Below are positions 17,681 through 29,995 of a stretch of 64,000 nucleotides of DNA, piece by piece. The DNA comes from an uncultured Gemmatimonadales bacterium (GTDB lineage Bacteria > Gemmatimonadota > Gemmatimonadetes > Longimicrobiales > RSA9). Location: positions 256,001-320,000 of the forward strand of contig CAWCUS010000002.1 of NCBI GenBank assembly GCA_963798845.1. Direction: 5' to 3'. Every line of letters begins with the position of its first letter. Position 1 is the first letter of the stretch. The translations under genes were made by a program, and so were the position numbers. Under the pieces are notes generated by a model that saw only the letters and a list, made by a program, of their open reading frames with translations, was not told the origin of the DNA and did not search any database.

Positions 17681-19136
17681 GTCCGTGGCCCGTTTCCCGG
17701 AGCCCCGCGAGCAGCGCGTCCAGGTGCGCCTCGCGGGTGGCCGGGTTCATGAGCGTGACCCGCAGCACCCGCCGGCCGCCCAGGACGGTGGCCGTGATCC
17801 AGCCGCGCCCCGAGGCGTTGTACGCTTCCCGCAGCGCTTTCTGGTATTCGTCGACCCTCGCCGCGTCCCCCGCGGCCTCGGCTTCCCGGAGCTCGGGCGG
17901 GAGGTGGCGGAAGCAGAGGATGTTGGTCTGCGGGACGTGGGCGGGCTCGAAGTCGCCTGCCGCCGAGAGCTTCCGGTGCAGCAGCGCCGCGTTTTCCACC
18001 GTGCGCTCCTGGAGCCGCGCGAAGTGGTCGAGGCCGTGGTGCTGGAGCGCGACCCAGAGCTTCAGGGCGTCGAAGCGTTTGGAGCATTGAAGCGTGCGCT
18101 GCCCGATGTCTCGAGCCCGTGTCTCGCCGGGGCGGGGGTGGAACAGGTACGGCGCGCTCTGGCGGAAGGCCGCATCCAGGTGGCGACGGTCCCGGACCAG
18201 GATCGCGCTCGCGGAGATGGGCATGAACATCATCTTGTGCGGGTCCCAGGCGACGGAGTCCGCGCGCTCGATCCCCCGCAGCCGCCCGCGCAGCCGCTCA
18301 CTGGCCAGCAGCGACGCGCCGTGGGCGCCGTCCACGTGGAGCCAGACGCCCCGGTCCGCAGCCACGGCCGCCACGGCGTCGAGGTCATCGACCAGCCCCG
18401 TCGCCGTGCTCCCCGCGGTGGCGACGATCGCCATGGGGATGCGGCCATCGGCGCGGGCGGCGCCGACGGCTTTGGCGAGCGCGTCGGGGTCCAGCCGGAA
18501 GTCGCGCTCGGCCACGGCCTCCACCGCGCCGGCGCCCAGACCCATGACGCCGACCGCCCGCTCCACGGAGTAATGGGCGTGGTCGGCGACGAACACGACC
18601 GCGCGGTCCAGGCCTTCGCGGCCCGCGACGCCGCGCTCCCACGCTCCCGGGAACGCCGCTTCCCTCGCCGCCAGCAGACCCGTCAGGTTCGCCGCGCTGC
18701 CACCCGATACCAGCGTGCCGTCGCTCTCCGCCGGGAACGCCAGCAGCTCCCGCATCCAGGCGATCACCCGCTGCTCGACGAAGGTCCCGGTGGGCGACAT
18801 CTCCCACACGGCCGTGGACTGGTTCAGCAGGCTGGCCACGGCATCCGCGAGCACCGCCTCGGGAAGGGGGGGCGCCACCTGGTGGCCCATGTACATCGGG
18901 TGCGCCAGGTGGATCGCGTCGCCGACGACCCGGTCGAAGACGTCGTCCCACACCTCTTCGGCAGGCCGGCCCAGTCGAGGAAGCGGGTCCTCGAAGACCG
19001 CCTCCATCGCTGACGGGTCGCGCCGGGTGGAGACCGGCCGCTCGTCCGCCGTCTCCAGGTAGTCCGCCATCCGCTCCACCAGCCGATGCCCCTGCTCACG
19101 CAGCGCCCGCGCCCGCTCCCCGTTCTGCTCCTCCAC
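17649..19136 (-). CDS. PLP-dependent group II decarboxylase (DABA / aromatic amino acid / glutamate decarboxylase family)
   Basis: HPMYMGHQ, SGGSAANL, AHYSV, TAGSTATG..D, WLHVDGAHG, DPHK PLP lysine. Confidence 0.92.
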   Translation of the reverse strand: MEEQNGERARALREQGHRLVERMADYLETADERPVSTRRDPSAMEAVFEDPLPRLGRPAEEVWDDVFDRVVGDAIHLAHPMYMGHQVAPPLPEAVLADAVASLLNQSTAVWEMSPTGTFVEQRVIAWMRELLAFPAESDGTLVSGGSAANLTGLLAAREAAFPGAWERGVAGREGLDRAVVFVADHAHYSVERAVGVMGLGAGAVEAVAERDFRLDPDALAKAVGAARADGRIPMAIVATAGSTATGLVDDLDAVAAVAADRGVWLHVDGAHGASLLASERLRGRLRGIERADSVAWDPHKMMFMPISASAILVRDRRHLDAAFRQSAPYLFHPRPGETRARDIGQRTLQCSKRFDALKLWVALQHHGLDHFARLQERTVENAALLHRKLSAAGDFEPAHVPQTNILCFRHLPPELREAEAAGDAARVDEYQKALREAYNASGRGWITATVLGGRRVLRVTLMNPATREAHLDALLAGLRETGHGLSARSPGSAP

Positions 19137-19219
19137 CGGCTCCCTCCCGTCGCTCCCGTGTGCGTCTGGCGTGCGCGCCCACGGGACCCGGGGCCCGCGG
19201 CGCCGGGGGAACTTACCCG

Positions 19220-19259
19220 AAAAAGTGAAAGGCCGCCTCCCGGATCGGGAGGGCGGCCC
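19220..19259 (-). terminator. Intrinsic terminator
   Basis: GGCCGCC-TCCCG / CGGGA-G-GGCGGCC stem followed on the minus strand by TTTCACTTTTT. Confidence 0.7.
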
Positions 19260-19284
19260 TTCGTCCGGCGGTTCGGCCGACCCG

Positions 19285-19470
19285 TCAGCCGGCGAACTCG
19301 GATGGGTACCCGGGAAGCCGGTTCTGGATGTCGTCGCAGGTTCCCTCGTACCCCTCCGGGTGGTACTGTAGGCAGTCGGAGCACGGCTCCCATGCCTCCT
19401 CCTCCCGCAGGGCCTTCTCGGCCCGGCGCCGCCAGTGCTTTTCCCGCTCGGTCAGCGTCGTCAATCCCAT
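19285..19470 (-). CDS. Small hypothetical protein (61 aa) with CxxCxxxH...C motif
   Basis: AAAGGA SD before ATG; WEPCSDCLQYHPEGYEGTCDD; own terminator. Confidence 0.7.
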   Translation of the reverse strand: MGLTTLTEREKHWRRRAEKALREEEAWEPCSDCLQYHPEGYEGTCDDIQNRLPGYPSEFAG

Positions 19471-19604
19471 CGCGTTCCTTTCGCTCGTGTCAGGTCGCTC
19501 GCGTATTCCGTATGCCCCAGCCCACGCAAGGGTCCATCCACGCGCCGGGTCGGGCATCGGCGTTCATGCCACCGCGGCCCGAGCGCGACCGCCGCGGGTC
19601 GCAG

Positions 19605-20300
19605 TCAGTCGCGCACGTCGCGCAGCTTCTGGCGAAGCTCACGGGTGACGGTGTCGGCGGAGTAGTCGCCCAGGCTGCCGAGGAGGCGCTCGTAGTCCTC
19701 GACGGAGAGGGTGCTGAGCGCGCCCGCCGTGACGGCGTCCGACGGGATGACCCCACCCCTCTGCATGTCGGGCGTAAGCTCGTCGTGGCCGTGCACATTC
19801 TCGTCCCAGATCTCGCGGCCGGTGGCTGCGTCCAGGAGCACCACCTCCGCGTTGACGAACAGGTACGCCTGGCCGCCGCGAGTGTCGATGCCGTAGGAGC
19901 GCAGGTCCACCTCCAGGAGGAAATCCCCGTCGCTCCGCTTCTCCACCGGCCGGGCGCCCAGATAGACCGCGGCCCGCTGCAGCGTTCGGTCCGCCATTCG
20001 CGACGCAAGGTCCAGGTGCGTCGCCGCGCTGTCCAGGCGCGCCCGCGCCCGCCTCGACTCGACCTCCCTGGCGATCGCCGAGCCGGCCTTCACCAGCGTG
20101 CCCACCGCGTCGTCGCCCGCGCCCAGCGGGATCCCGCCCGTCAGCAGCGCGGGCGCCGGGGCCGGGAAGAAGGTGACCGCCAGCGACCGGCCTGCGAAAT
20201 CGTATTCGCCGAGGTGGTGGTGGCCTCCGCACGCGGCGAGGCCAGCGGTGGTCAGGAGGGCGGCGGCGGCCGCGGTGGTCCGGCGTCGGGCTCTTCTCAT
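19605..20300 (-). CDS. Hypothetical lipoprotein
   Basis: Arg-rich n-region, LAAC lipobox, globular-looking mature region. Confidence 0.7.
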   Translation of the reverse strand: MRRARRRTTAAAAALLTTAGLAACGGHHHLGEYDFAGRSLAVTFFPAPAPALLTGGIPLGAGDDAVGTLVKAGSAIAREVESRRARARLDSAATHLDLASRMADRTLQRAAVYLGARPVEKRSDGDFLLEVDLRSYGIDTRGGQAYLFVNAEVVLLDAATGREIWDENVHGHDELTPDMQRGGVIPSDAVTAGALSTLSVEDYERLLGSLGDYSADTVTRELRQKLRDVRD

Positions 20301-20555
20301 CTTTGAATCTCCGTGGCGGCGGCCCGGCTGGAGCCGCATTCGATTCGGCCGCCCATGGGCGGGCGTGACCTCACGGGTATGTACTGCCGGGGCGACGGGG
20401 CGGTTCCGTGGATCATCCTTCGACCCCCGGCCGTCGACGCCCGGCCCGCCACCCCACCTTCCGGGACTCCCCCACACCGGATGGGGCGTTTGCCCGATTG
20501 CGCGGGCGCAGGGCAGGGCCGACCCTGGACGGTGAACCTGCCATCGGAGGGGGCC

Positions 20556-21029
20556 ATGCCCGTTTTCACCCTGACCGTGAACGGCCAGCGTCGCACCGTG
20601 GACGTGCCCGGAGACACGCCGCTGCTCTGGGTGCTTCGCGACGACCTGGGGCTCAAGGGAACCAAGTACTCGTGCGGCGTGGCCGTGTGCGGCGCGTGCA
20701 CGGTCAGCCTGGACGGGATGGCGACGCGCGCCTGCGTGACGCCCATCAGCGTGGCGGCGAACCGGGAGGTCCGCACGATCGAGGGGGCGGCGGGCGACCC
20801 GGTGCTGGAGGCGCTTCAGCGGGCGTGGGTGGAGGAGGAGGTGCCGCAGTGCGGCTATTGCACCCCCGGGATGCTGATGCAGGCGGCGTCGCTCCTGGCA
20901 AGGACGCCCGACCCGACGGACGAAGAGATCGACCGCTGGATGGCCGGCAATCTCTGCCGCTGCGGGACTTATCTGCGGGTGCGAAAGGCGATCCACCGGG
21001 TCGGACAGGAGGTGACCCATGCGCGCTGA
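20556..21029 (+). CDS. (2Fe-2S) subunit of an isoquinoline 1-oxidoreductase / aldehyde oxidase-type molybdoenzyme
   Basis: [39 protein letters not shown]. Confidence 0.92.
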   Translation: MPVFTLTVNGQRRTVDVPGDTPLLWVLRDDLGLKGTKYSCGVAVCGACTVSLDGMATRACVTPISVAANREVRTIEGAAGDPVLEALQRAWVEEEVPQCGYCTPGMLMQAASLLARTPDPTDEEIDRWMAGNLCRCGTYLRVRKAIHRVGQEVTHAR

Positions 21030-23124
21030 TCCCGTGACGCGAAGAGACTTCCTGCTGACGGCAGGGAAGGGCGGCGCCGCGCTGGTCATCGCCGTCCACC
21101 TCCCGTTGACCGGCGACGCCGTCGACGGCGTGCGGGCGGACCCCACCTCCAGCGCGCCGCAGCCGCTGAGCCCCGCGGCGTGGGTGAGGATCGACCCCGA
21201 CGGCACGGTCTCGGTGGTGGTGGACGAGACGGAGATGGGGCAGGGGGTCATGACCACGCTCCCCATGATCGTGGCGGAGGAGATGGACGCCGACTGGAGC
21301 AAGGTGCGTCCACTGCCGATCCCGGAGAACCCTGCGGGCTGGGTGCGCGGGATATCGACGGGCGGGAGCACGAGCACCCGCACGGCGTGGGAGCCGCTGC
21401 GGAAGGCAGGCGCGGCGGGGCGTGAGATGCTGCGCAGGGCGGCCGCCGCAGAGTGGGGGGTGCCGCCGTCGCAGGTGCGGACGGAGAACGGCCAGGCCGT
21501 GAACGTGAAGGATGGGCGCCGGCTCGACTACGGTGCGCTGGTGGAGCACGCCCGCGGCCTGCCCGTGCCCCAGGACCCGCCGCTCAAGGACCCTCGCGAC
21601 TTCACGATCGTGGGCCGGGGGAAGCCCCGCCTCGACGTCCCGGGCAAGGTGGACGGGAGCGCCGTGTTCGGGATGGATACGGCGCTGCCGGACATGCTGG
21701 TGGCGGTGGTCGCGCGGCCGCCCGCGTTCGGCGCCACGCTACGCGGCCACGACGACGCCGCGGCGCGGCGCGTCCCGGGCGTGGTGGACGTGTTGGAAGT
21801 GCCGCAGGGCGTGGCCGTGGTCGCCCGTACCACGTGGGCGGCTCTGAAGGGACGGTCCGCGCTGTCGCTCGACTGGGACACGTCTCCGGCCCGGGGCCTG
21901 TCCAGCGAATCGCTGTTCGCCGAGCTCGAAGCCCTCGCCGCCTCGCCGGGCACGACGGTCCGCCAGGACGGAGACGCGGACGGCGCGCTCGCCGCCGCCG
22001 CCCGCATCGTGGAGGCCGACTACCGGCTCCCGTTCATCGACCACGCCCCCATGGAGCCGATGAACGCCGCCGCCCACGTGCGCGACGGCCGGGTGGAAGT
22101 GTGGGTGCCCACGCAGGTGGCGACGGCGTCGCAGCAGGCGGCGGCACGCGTCGCCGGCGTTCCGGTGGCGAACGTGGCCATGCATGTGCCGCTGGTCGGC
22201 GGCGCCTTCGGCCGACGTCTCCAGACCGATGACGTGGAGCTGGCCGTGGAAGTGGCCATGCGCGTGGACGGCCCGGTTCAGGTCGTGTGGACGCGCGAGG
22301 ACTCGATCCGGAACGGTGCCTACCGACCGCTGACGTACCACCGGCTGCGGGCGGGCCTCGATGTCAGGGGCGACCCGGTGGCGTGGACGCACCGCGTGCT
22401 CGGAGCGGGGCCCGAGGGGCTGGTGGTGCCCGGCGTGGAGTCGCCGCCGTACCGGTTCCCGGCCTCGAGGGCGGACTACCACGTGAAGGAAACGCCCGTG
22501 CCCACGGGCGCTTGGCGCTCGGTCACCTACACGCATTTCGGCTTCGTGATCGAGAGCTTCATGGACGAGCTGGCGCACGCGGCCGGGCGGGACCCGTACC
22601 GATTCCGACGGGAGCTCATGACCGAGCCGAAGCTGCGCGACGCGCTGGACCTCGCCGCCAGCAAGGCGGGATGGGGCAGTACGGCAAAAGGACGGGGCCT
22701 CGGCATCGCCGCCGTGTCCTCCTTCCGCTCGCACGTAGCCGAAGTGGCGGAGGTCTCCGTGGAGGACGGACACGTCCGGGTCCACCGTGTGGTGTGCGCG
22801 GTCCACTGCGGCCAGGTGGTGAATCCGCGGCCGCTGCACGAGCAGGTGGAGGGCGCCATCGCCCTGGCTCTCGGCTTCACCCTGAAGCACGAGATCACGC
22901 TGCGGGACGGCGCCGTCGAGCAGGGGAACTTCACCGATTATCCGATCCTCCGGATGGACGAGATGCCCGAGGTGGAGGTGCACGTGGTTCCCAGCACGGA
23001 CCCGCCCACCGGGATCGGGGAGCCGCCCGTGCCGCCACTCGCCGCGGCCGTGGCGAACGCGATATTCGCGGCTACCGGGAAGCGCGTGCGCCGGCTCCCG
23101 ATCCGGATGGAGGAGGTGGTCTAG
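21019..23124 (+). CDS. Molybdopterin-binding subunit (isoquinoline 1-oxidoreductase beta-like), Tat-exported
   Basis: TRRDFL Tat motif; EMGQGV.T, TGGS.S, HAPMEP, GGAFGRR, GAWRSV, GIGEP. Confidence 0.92.
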   Translation: MRADPVTRRDFLLTAGKGGAALVIAVHLPLTGDAVDGVRADPTSSAPQPLSPAAWVRIDPDGTVSVVVDETEMGQGVMTTLPMIVAEEMDADWSKVRPLPIPENPAGWVRGISTGGSTSTRTAWEPLRKAGAAGREMLRRAAAAEWGVPPSQVRTENGQAVNVKDGRRLDYGALVEHARGLPVPQDPPLKDPRDFTIVGRGKPRLDVPGKVDGSAVFGMDTALPDMLVAVVARPPAFGATLRGHDDAAARRVPGVVDVLEVPQGVAVVARTTWAALKGRSALSLDWDTSPARGLSSESLFAELEALAASPGTTVRQDGDADGALAAAARIVEADYRLPFIDHAPMEPMNAAAHVRDGRVEVWVPTQVATASQQAAARVAGVPVANVAMHVPLVGGAFGRRLQTDDVELAVEVAMRVDGPVQVVWTREDSIRNGAYRPLTYHRLRAGLDVRGDPVAWTHRVLGAGPEGLVVPGVESPPYRFPASRADYHVKETPVPTGAWRSVTYTHFGFVIESFMDELAHAAGRDPYRFRRELMTEPKLRDALDLAASKAGWGSTAKGRGLGIAAVSSFRSHVAEVAEVSVEDGHVRVHRVVCAVHCGQVVNPRPLHEQVEGAIALALGFTLKHEITLRDGAVEQGNFTDYPILRMDEMPEVEVHVVPSTDPPTGIGEPPVPPLAAAVANAIFAATGKRVRRLPIRMEEVV

Positions 23125-23174
23125 CGTTGCAGGACGGGCGGGGCGGACCCTGCGACCGACTCCGCCCTGGCGGG

Positions 23175-26153
23175 CTACCGGCCGTTCACCATCGGCTTTC
23201 TCACGACGCCCCGGTGCTCGTGCCCGACCATGATGATCTCGACCTCGTCGTCGAAGCGGAGGTGGCGGACGCACCCCTCCGCGCCCGCCTGCTCCTGCTC
23301 CGCAAGCCACTTCCAGTCCACGAACCCTTCGCCCCGCAGCTCGTTGACCGTGAAGTAACCGACGTTGCACGAGGCCAGGTTCTGGAAGAAGTGCGTGCCC
23401 TGCGAGGGTGTGATCCGCACGTCGGGGAGGCCCGCCTCGACGATGGCGACCGCGCCGGAGATGTCGTCCCAGTTCACGGGGATGCCGAGCTCGGGGTGGC
23501 TTGAGCCCCAGCGGCCCACGCCGAGGAGGACGTAGGGACGGCCCTTCGCGACGAGCCGTGCGTTCAGCCGCCCGACCGCGCGGGCTGTCTCGCGGCTCGC
23601 GCCGCGATCGAAGCACGACGGGTCGATGACGAGGAGATCCTGGACGTTCTCGAGGCGTCCGTTCCCCAGCACCCACGGGCTCTCGCAGATGAGGCCGCCG
23701 CGGTCGAGGTCGCCGATCTCCAGGTCGTCGAGCTCGCGGCTGGGGGCGAGGGGCCGGAGCTGCAGGAATCCGAGCTCCTGCGGCTCGTCGGCGGAAGCGG
23801 AGAGATCGACAGCGAACTCGATCTCAACGGGCGAGCTGGTTCCGGCCGCGCCAATGTCGAGGAGCTCCCCCACGATCTCGGCGAGGGGAAAGACGCGGTT
23901 CTTGAGGATCGGCGCGAACGTGACCAGGCGGATGCCGTCGCGGGCGACGCCGTCGTACACCGCGTGATTCTCGGGCGAGTACGTCGAGCCGAGAGGTCCG
24001 AGCACGCCGTGTCGCTCCGCGTCCTCTACGCTGAGGCGCTGGAGCTGATCGCGTACCGCCACGCCGTGGCCGTCGGGGTTCAGCTCGAGCGCCCAGAACT
24101 CTCGCTGGGAGTTCTTGAGCATGTCCTCCACGCTCGAGAACTCGACGATGTGGCGCGGGTGCGCGGGGGAGAAGCGCAGGCACGGCTCCCCCTCCACCAC
24201 GGTGCGGCCGAACCCCAGCGCCACGGCGACGATGCCGTCCTCGGGGGCGAGCGGCGCGGTGGGGTAGAAGTTGTACGACCGGGCCACACCCGCGAAGTCG
24301 GGATAGAACCAGTTGTCGTGGCGCCGCCCCACCACCTTCTGGATCACCACGGCCATCTGCTCTTCTTCCAGCCGGTACGGGGTGGCTCGGAGGAAAGCCT
24401 TGGTTCGCTGCGAGAAGGTGGACGCGTAGACGCGCGTGATGGCGGCCACGAGGCGATCCACCCGAACCTCGAGGTCCGGGTGGTCGTTGGGCAGCATCAG
24501 CGTCTCGAAGATCCCGGCGAACGGCTGGTGCGGCGAGTCCTCGAGCAGGCTCGAGGAGCGCACGGCCAGCGGAGCCCGCATCATCTGCAGGAACTGCCGG
24601 AGCTGCCCGCGTACCCCGCCCGGGAATGCGGCCCGGTCGAAGCGGCGGAAGATCTCCTCGTCGCTGTCGCTGCGGAGCGACAGCTCGCGCAGGTCGTTGG
24701 CCTCGAGGAACTCCTCGAACACGTCCGTCCCCAGAACCACGGCCGGCGGGACGGAGATGCGGATACCCGGGAAGCGCTCGGCGATCCGGTAGCGGTCGAG
24801 GAGGCGGATGGCGAAGGCGAGGCCGCGCGCTTTCCCGCCGAGCGAGCCGCCGCCGATCCGGGCGATCCCCATGGTCGGGTCGAACGTGGCGGGGTCGAAG
24901 TCGGCCACCGTGCCGCGGTTCCGCTCGCGCCGGTATTCGTCGATGGAACGGACCAGGCTGAGGCGAACGTGCTCCAGCGAAGGAAAGTCGGTCACCTTGC
25001 GACGGCGCAGCTTTTCCGCCGGCTCGAACTCCGCCCTCGCCCGCAGCCAGCTCGAGAAATCGTTGCGGGCGCCGTGGAAGGCGATGCTCTCCGCCGGAAC
25101 CGTGCGCAGCCGCTCCACCAGCTCCTTCAGGTTCCTTGCGCGATCGATCGCCTCGCCCGTGGGCAGGCGGAAGACGAAGTCGCCGAAGAAGAACTCCTCC
25201 ATCAGGAGGTCGCGCAGGCGCGCGAGCATGTCGGGCGACCCCTTCTGGAGGAAGCTCGCCCCGATCTCCCGTGCCAGCCGCTGGTTCCCCGGGTGGCTCG
25301 ACTGGAGCGCGATGGGGACGTCGGGGCGCGCCTCGCGGATGCGCCCCGCCAGCGCGATGCCCGCGTTCTGGTCCAGCTGGCCCTGGCGCGGGAACTCGAT
25401 GTCCGTGATCACGCCCAGGATGTTCTCCTGGTAGCGCGTGAACATGGACCAGGCGTCCTCGAAGCGCGTGGCCAGCAGGATCTTGGGCCGGGCGCGCATC
25501 CGAAGCAGCTTCTGCGAAAGGTTCAGCCCTTCCGAGATGACGCCCTGGCTGTGCTTCATCACCTCGGTGAAGATCACCGGGAGGAACGAGGAGTAGTGCC
25601 GGACGTTGTCCTCCACCACCAGCAGCACGGGTACGCCGGCCCGGGAGTCGTGCTCCACGTTCAGCTTGTCCTCGATGTACTTCACGATGGCCAGGAGGAT
25701 GCGGACGTCGCCCTGCCAGAGGAAGCTGCGCTCGATCTCGGACATGTCGTGGCGGGTGCGGAACTCCTTCAGCTCGCGGTAATCGTAGGCGAGGAGGCAG
25801 ATGGGGAGCCGCACGCCGGCGTTGCGGGCGCGCCGGGCCAGCTCGACGGCGTTCATGTCGCCCACGTCGAGGGCGGTGAGGATGAGGTCGAAGCGGTTCG
25901 GCTCGCGGGCGAGCTGGAGCGCTTCCTCGCCCGTGGAGACGTGGGTGAGCCGCGGCGCCTGGCTCAGATTGACGTCGAGGAACTTCGTGAGCAGGAGCTC
26001 GTTCAGCTGGCCGTCCTCGGCCATGATGAACGACTCGTAGAGGCTGGAGACGATGAGCACGTTGCGGACCTGCTCCCGCATCAGCTCCTGGAACCCGCCC
26101 GCGCCACTGCCGTGCCATTCCGCGTGGTCGAACGGGGTCAGGTTCGAGTTCAT
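23175..26153 (-). CDS. PEP/pyruvate-binding (PEP synthase N-terminal ATP-grasp) protein with receiver-like domains, gdhA-associated
   Basis: GGGSLGGKARGLAF, PLAVRSSSLLEDS...FAG, GVARSYNFYP, GRWGSS, SQGTHFFQN; receiver-like N-terminal half. Confidence 0.85.
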   Translation of the reverse strand: MNSNLTPFDHAEWHGSGAGGFQELMREQVRNVLIVSSLYESFIMAEDGQLNELLLTKFLDVNLSQAPRLTHVSTGEEALQLAREPNRFDLILTALDVGDMNAVELARRARNAGVRLPICLLAYDYRELKEFRTRHDMSEIERSFLWQGDVRILLAIVKYIEDKLNVEHDSRAGVPVLLVVEDNVRHYSSFLPVIFTEVMKHSQGVISEGLNLSQKLLRMRARPKILLATRFEDAWSMFTRYQENILGVITDIEFPRQGQLDQNAGIALAGRIREARPDVPIALQSSHPGNQRLAREIGASFLQKGSPDMLARLRDLLMEEFFFGDFVFRLPTGEAIDRARNLKELVERLRTVPAESIAFHGARNDFSSWLRARAEFEPAEKLRRRKVTDFPSLEHVRLSLVRSIDEYRRERNRGTVADFDPATFDPTMGIARIGGGSLGGKARGLAFAIRLLDRYRIAERFPGIRISVPPAVVLGTDVFEEFLEANDLRELSLRSDSDEEIFRRFDRAAFPGGVRGQLRQFLQMMRAPLAVRSSSLLEDSPHQPFAGIFETLMLPNDHPDLEVRVDRLVAAITRVYASTFSQRTKAFLRATPYRLEEEQMAVVIQKVVGRRHDNWFYPDFAGVARSYNFYPTAPLAPEDGIVAVALGFGRTVVEGEPCLRFSPAHPRHIVEFSSVEDMLKNSQREFWALELNPDGHGVAVRDQLQRLSVEDAERHGVLGPLGSTYSPENHAVYDGVARDGIRLVTFAPILKNRVFPLAEIVGELLDIGAAGTSSPVEIEFAVDLSASADEPQELGFLQLRPLAPSRELDDLEIGDLDRGGLICESPWVLGNGRLENVQDLLVIDPSCFDRGASRETARAVGRLNARLVAKGRPYVLLGVGRWGSSHPELGIPVNWDDISGAVAIVEAGLPDVRITPSQGTHFFQNLASCNVGYFTVNELRGEGFVDWKWLAEQEQAGAEGCVRHLRFDDEVEIIMVGHEHRGVVRKPMVNGR

Positions 26154-26262
26154 GCGCCTCCTGTGATGTCTCGGACGACGGTCGCGAAGGCGACCTCGCC
26201 CGGGGCGACGGGCGACGCGAGGCCCGCGCGCGCGGGCCCCGCACCGTCATCCGGGGGAAGGA

Positions 26263-27636
<1,374 letters not shown>

Positions 27637-28080
27637 TCAGGCCGCGGCGGACGCCGTCGCGGTCATCCCTGGTTGTGGTGTGTAGGAACTGCGGGGATGC
27701 TGCGGGGTGAGCCAACCCGTGGGGGCGCGGAGAGCCCACCGGTTGAGGCCGTCCGGGTGGACGGCGTCGGCTGTCGTCGCCGACCTGATGGCCACCGCGC
27801 GACGGCGGTGGGGTGCTGCTCGTCGCATCAACGCGTTTCGAGTCCAGCGGGTTGCCCCTCGCGGGCGGCAGGACGCGCGCCCGCGAGTGGGTCACAACGT
27901 GGAGGGGGAGGTGTTTGTTGGCAAGGGTGACCGGGCGGCGTACTCCGGCAACGACCCGGGCCCCGCCGTCACCGTGATCTGCGCGGACACGAGGGCGGTG
28001 GCAATCCTGCGGCGGCGCGGGGCACCCTGTACCTTGTCAACGCAGCAGCGCGATCGGAGCCAGGATGCTGGAGTGAGCGC

Positions 28081-29634
28081 ATGAACCGGGACCGCATGGT
28101 GGCGCGCCTGGACGAGGGCGAGCCGTGGGACTTCATCGTGGTGGGCGGCGGCGCGACGGGCCTCGGGGTGGCCATTGACGCCGCGTCTCGCGGATACCGC
28201 ACGCTCCTCCTGGAGCAGAGCGATTTCGCCAAGGGGACGTCGAGCCGCAGCACCAAGCTGGTGCACGGGGGCGTGCGTTACCTCCAGCAGGGAAACGTCG
28301 CCCTGGTGATCGAGGCGCTCAAGGAGCGCGGGCTGCTCCTGGCCAATGCGCCCCACCTGGTTCGGAACCTGTCGTTCGTGGTCCCGAATTACGAGTGGTG
28401 GGAAGGCCCATTCTACGGCATCGGCCTGAAGATGTACGACCTCCTGGCCGGGAAGCAGGGCTTCGGCCGCTCCCGCCGCCTCTCCCGCGAGCGCACGCTC
28501 CAGCTCCTGCCCACCCTGGAGCGCGAGGGGCTGAACGGGGGCGTCATCTACTACGACGGCCAGTTCGACGACGCCCGCCTCGCCATCAACATGGCCCAGA
28601 CCGCCGCCGAGCAGGGCGCGGCGCTGGTCAACTACATGCGCGTCACGGCGCTCATCCACGAGGCCGGCGAGGTGGCGGGCGTCCGGGCGCGCGACGAGGA
28701 GACAGGTGAGGAGCGCGAGCTCCGCGCCGGCGTCGTGGTGAGCGCGGCCGGAGCGTGGACGGACGAGGTCCGCCGCATGGACGACCCCGGGGCGCACCAC
28801 ATGATCCGCCCCAGCCAGGGAATCCACCTCGTCCTGCCGCGCGACTTCCTCCCCGGCGAGAGCGCCATCATGGTGCCGAAGACCGACGACGGTCGCGTCC
28901 TCTTCGCCATCCCGTGGCTCGACCGCGTGATCGTCGGGACCACCGACACGCCCGTGCCCGGGCCGTCGCTCGACCCGGTGCCAATGGAGGAGGAGATCGC
29001 CTTCCTCCTCGAGCACGCCGGCCGCTACCTCGACCGCGATCCCGAACGCGCGGACATCCTCAGCATCTTCGCAGGGCTGCGCCCGCTCGTCGGGAGCGAC
29101 GACCACGACAGCACCGCCTCCCTCTCCCGCGACCACACCCTCCTCATCTCGGACTCCGGCCTCGTCACCATAGCCGGCGGGAAGTGGACCACCTACCGGC
29201 GCATGGCCGAGGACACCGTCGACCAGGCCGCCACCCTCGCCGGCCTCGACGACCGCCCATGCGTCACCCGCGGACTCCGCATCCACGGATATCACGCCCA
29301 CGCCGAACGCTTCGCGGAGCTCGAGCACTATGGCTCCGACGCGCCCGCGCTCCGGGAGCTCATCGACGAGAAGCCCGCCTGGCAACAGATCATCCACCCG
29401 GCCTTCGACACCCGCGCCGGCCAGGTGGTCTGGGCCGCGCGCCACGAGATGGCGCGCACCGTCGAGGACGTCCTCTCGCGTCGCACGCGGGCACTCCTCC
29501 TCGACGCGCGCGCCGCCATCGAGGCCGCCCCCGGGGTGGCGGACCTCCTGGCCGAGGAGCTCCGTCGTGACACCGCATGGGCGGACCAGCAGGTCCGCGC
29601 CTTCAACGCCCTCGCCGCCACCTACCTCCCGTAG
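28081..29634 (+). CDS. glpD: FAD-dependent glycerol-3-phosphate dehydrogenase
   Basis: VGGGATGLG, GTSSRSTKLVHGGVRYL, DGQFDDARL, GTTDT, GGKWTTYR. Confidence 0.93.
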   Translation: MNRDRMVARLDEGEPWDFIVVGGGATGLGVAIDAASRGYRTLLLEQSDFAKGTSSRSTKLVHGGVRYLQQGNVALVIEALKERGLLLANAPHLVRNLSFVVPNYEWWEGPFYGIGLKMYDLLAGKQGFGRSRRLSRERTLQLLPTLEREGLNGGVIYYDGQFDDARLAINMAQTAAEQGAALVNYMRVTALIHEAGEVAGVRARDEETGEERELRAGVVVSAAGAWTDEVRRMDDPGAHHMIRPSQGIHLVLPRDFLPGESAIMVPKTDDGRVLFAIPWLDRVIVGTTDTPVPGPSLDPVPMEEEIAFLLEHAGRYLDRDPERADILSIFAGLRPLVGSDDHDSTASLSRDHTLLISDSGLVTIAGGKWTTYRRMAEDTVDQAATLAGLDDRPCVTRGLRIHGYHAHAERFAELEHYGSDAPALRELIDEKPAWQQIIHPAFDTRAGQVVWAARHEMARTVEDVLSRRTRALLLDARAAIEAAPGVADLLAEELRRDTAWADQQVRAFNALAATYLP

Positions 29635-29995
29635 AGGCGCCGTCACTGCTTCGGGTGTCGCCTCGCGATGCCCGGGTCCACGTGGCGCGGCACCTCTGCC
29701 TTTCGGAGGATTGACGGTCGTTTGACGCACCGTCGCTATCATTCCACGTGTCCGGGGCGGAACGGCACCGGACGCTGCAGCATCAACCCACCGGGGGATC
29801 CCGCCTCGCCCCGGCCGGCCTGTTCTCGGAGCACTTCCTGTTCCAGGTCGGCCGGGCGCGTTCCCACGGGCCAGGCCTCCGCGCTTTCCGCTCGACCGCA
29901 ACGGAAGCAGTCCCCGCGCTGCCCGCGTCAGAAAGTTCTCCGCGAAGGTCGCGAACCGTTATGTTGCTGCCCCGACGTTCATCGCACTTTCCCGC

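Noticed and set aside
20556..23124. Molybdoenzyme as part of the aromatic pathway
   Set aside because: It lies 14 kb away, is Tat-exported and belongs to a broad family; there is no sequence evidence of linkage.
29700..29995. LexA box or promoter upstream of recQ
   Set aside because: The GTTC copies lack a recognised spacing, and the TTGACG-TATCAT spacers are 20 or 9 bp.
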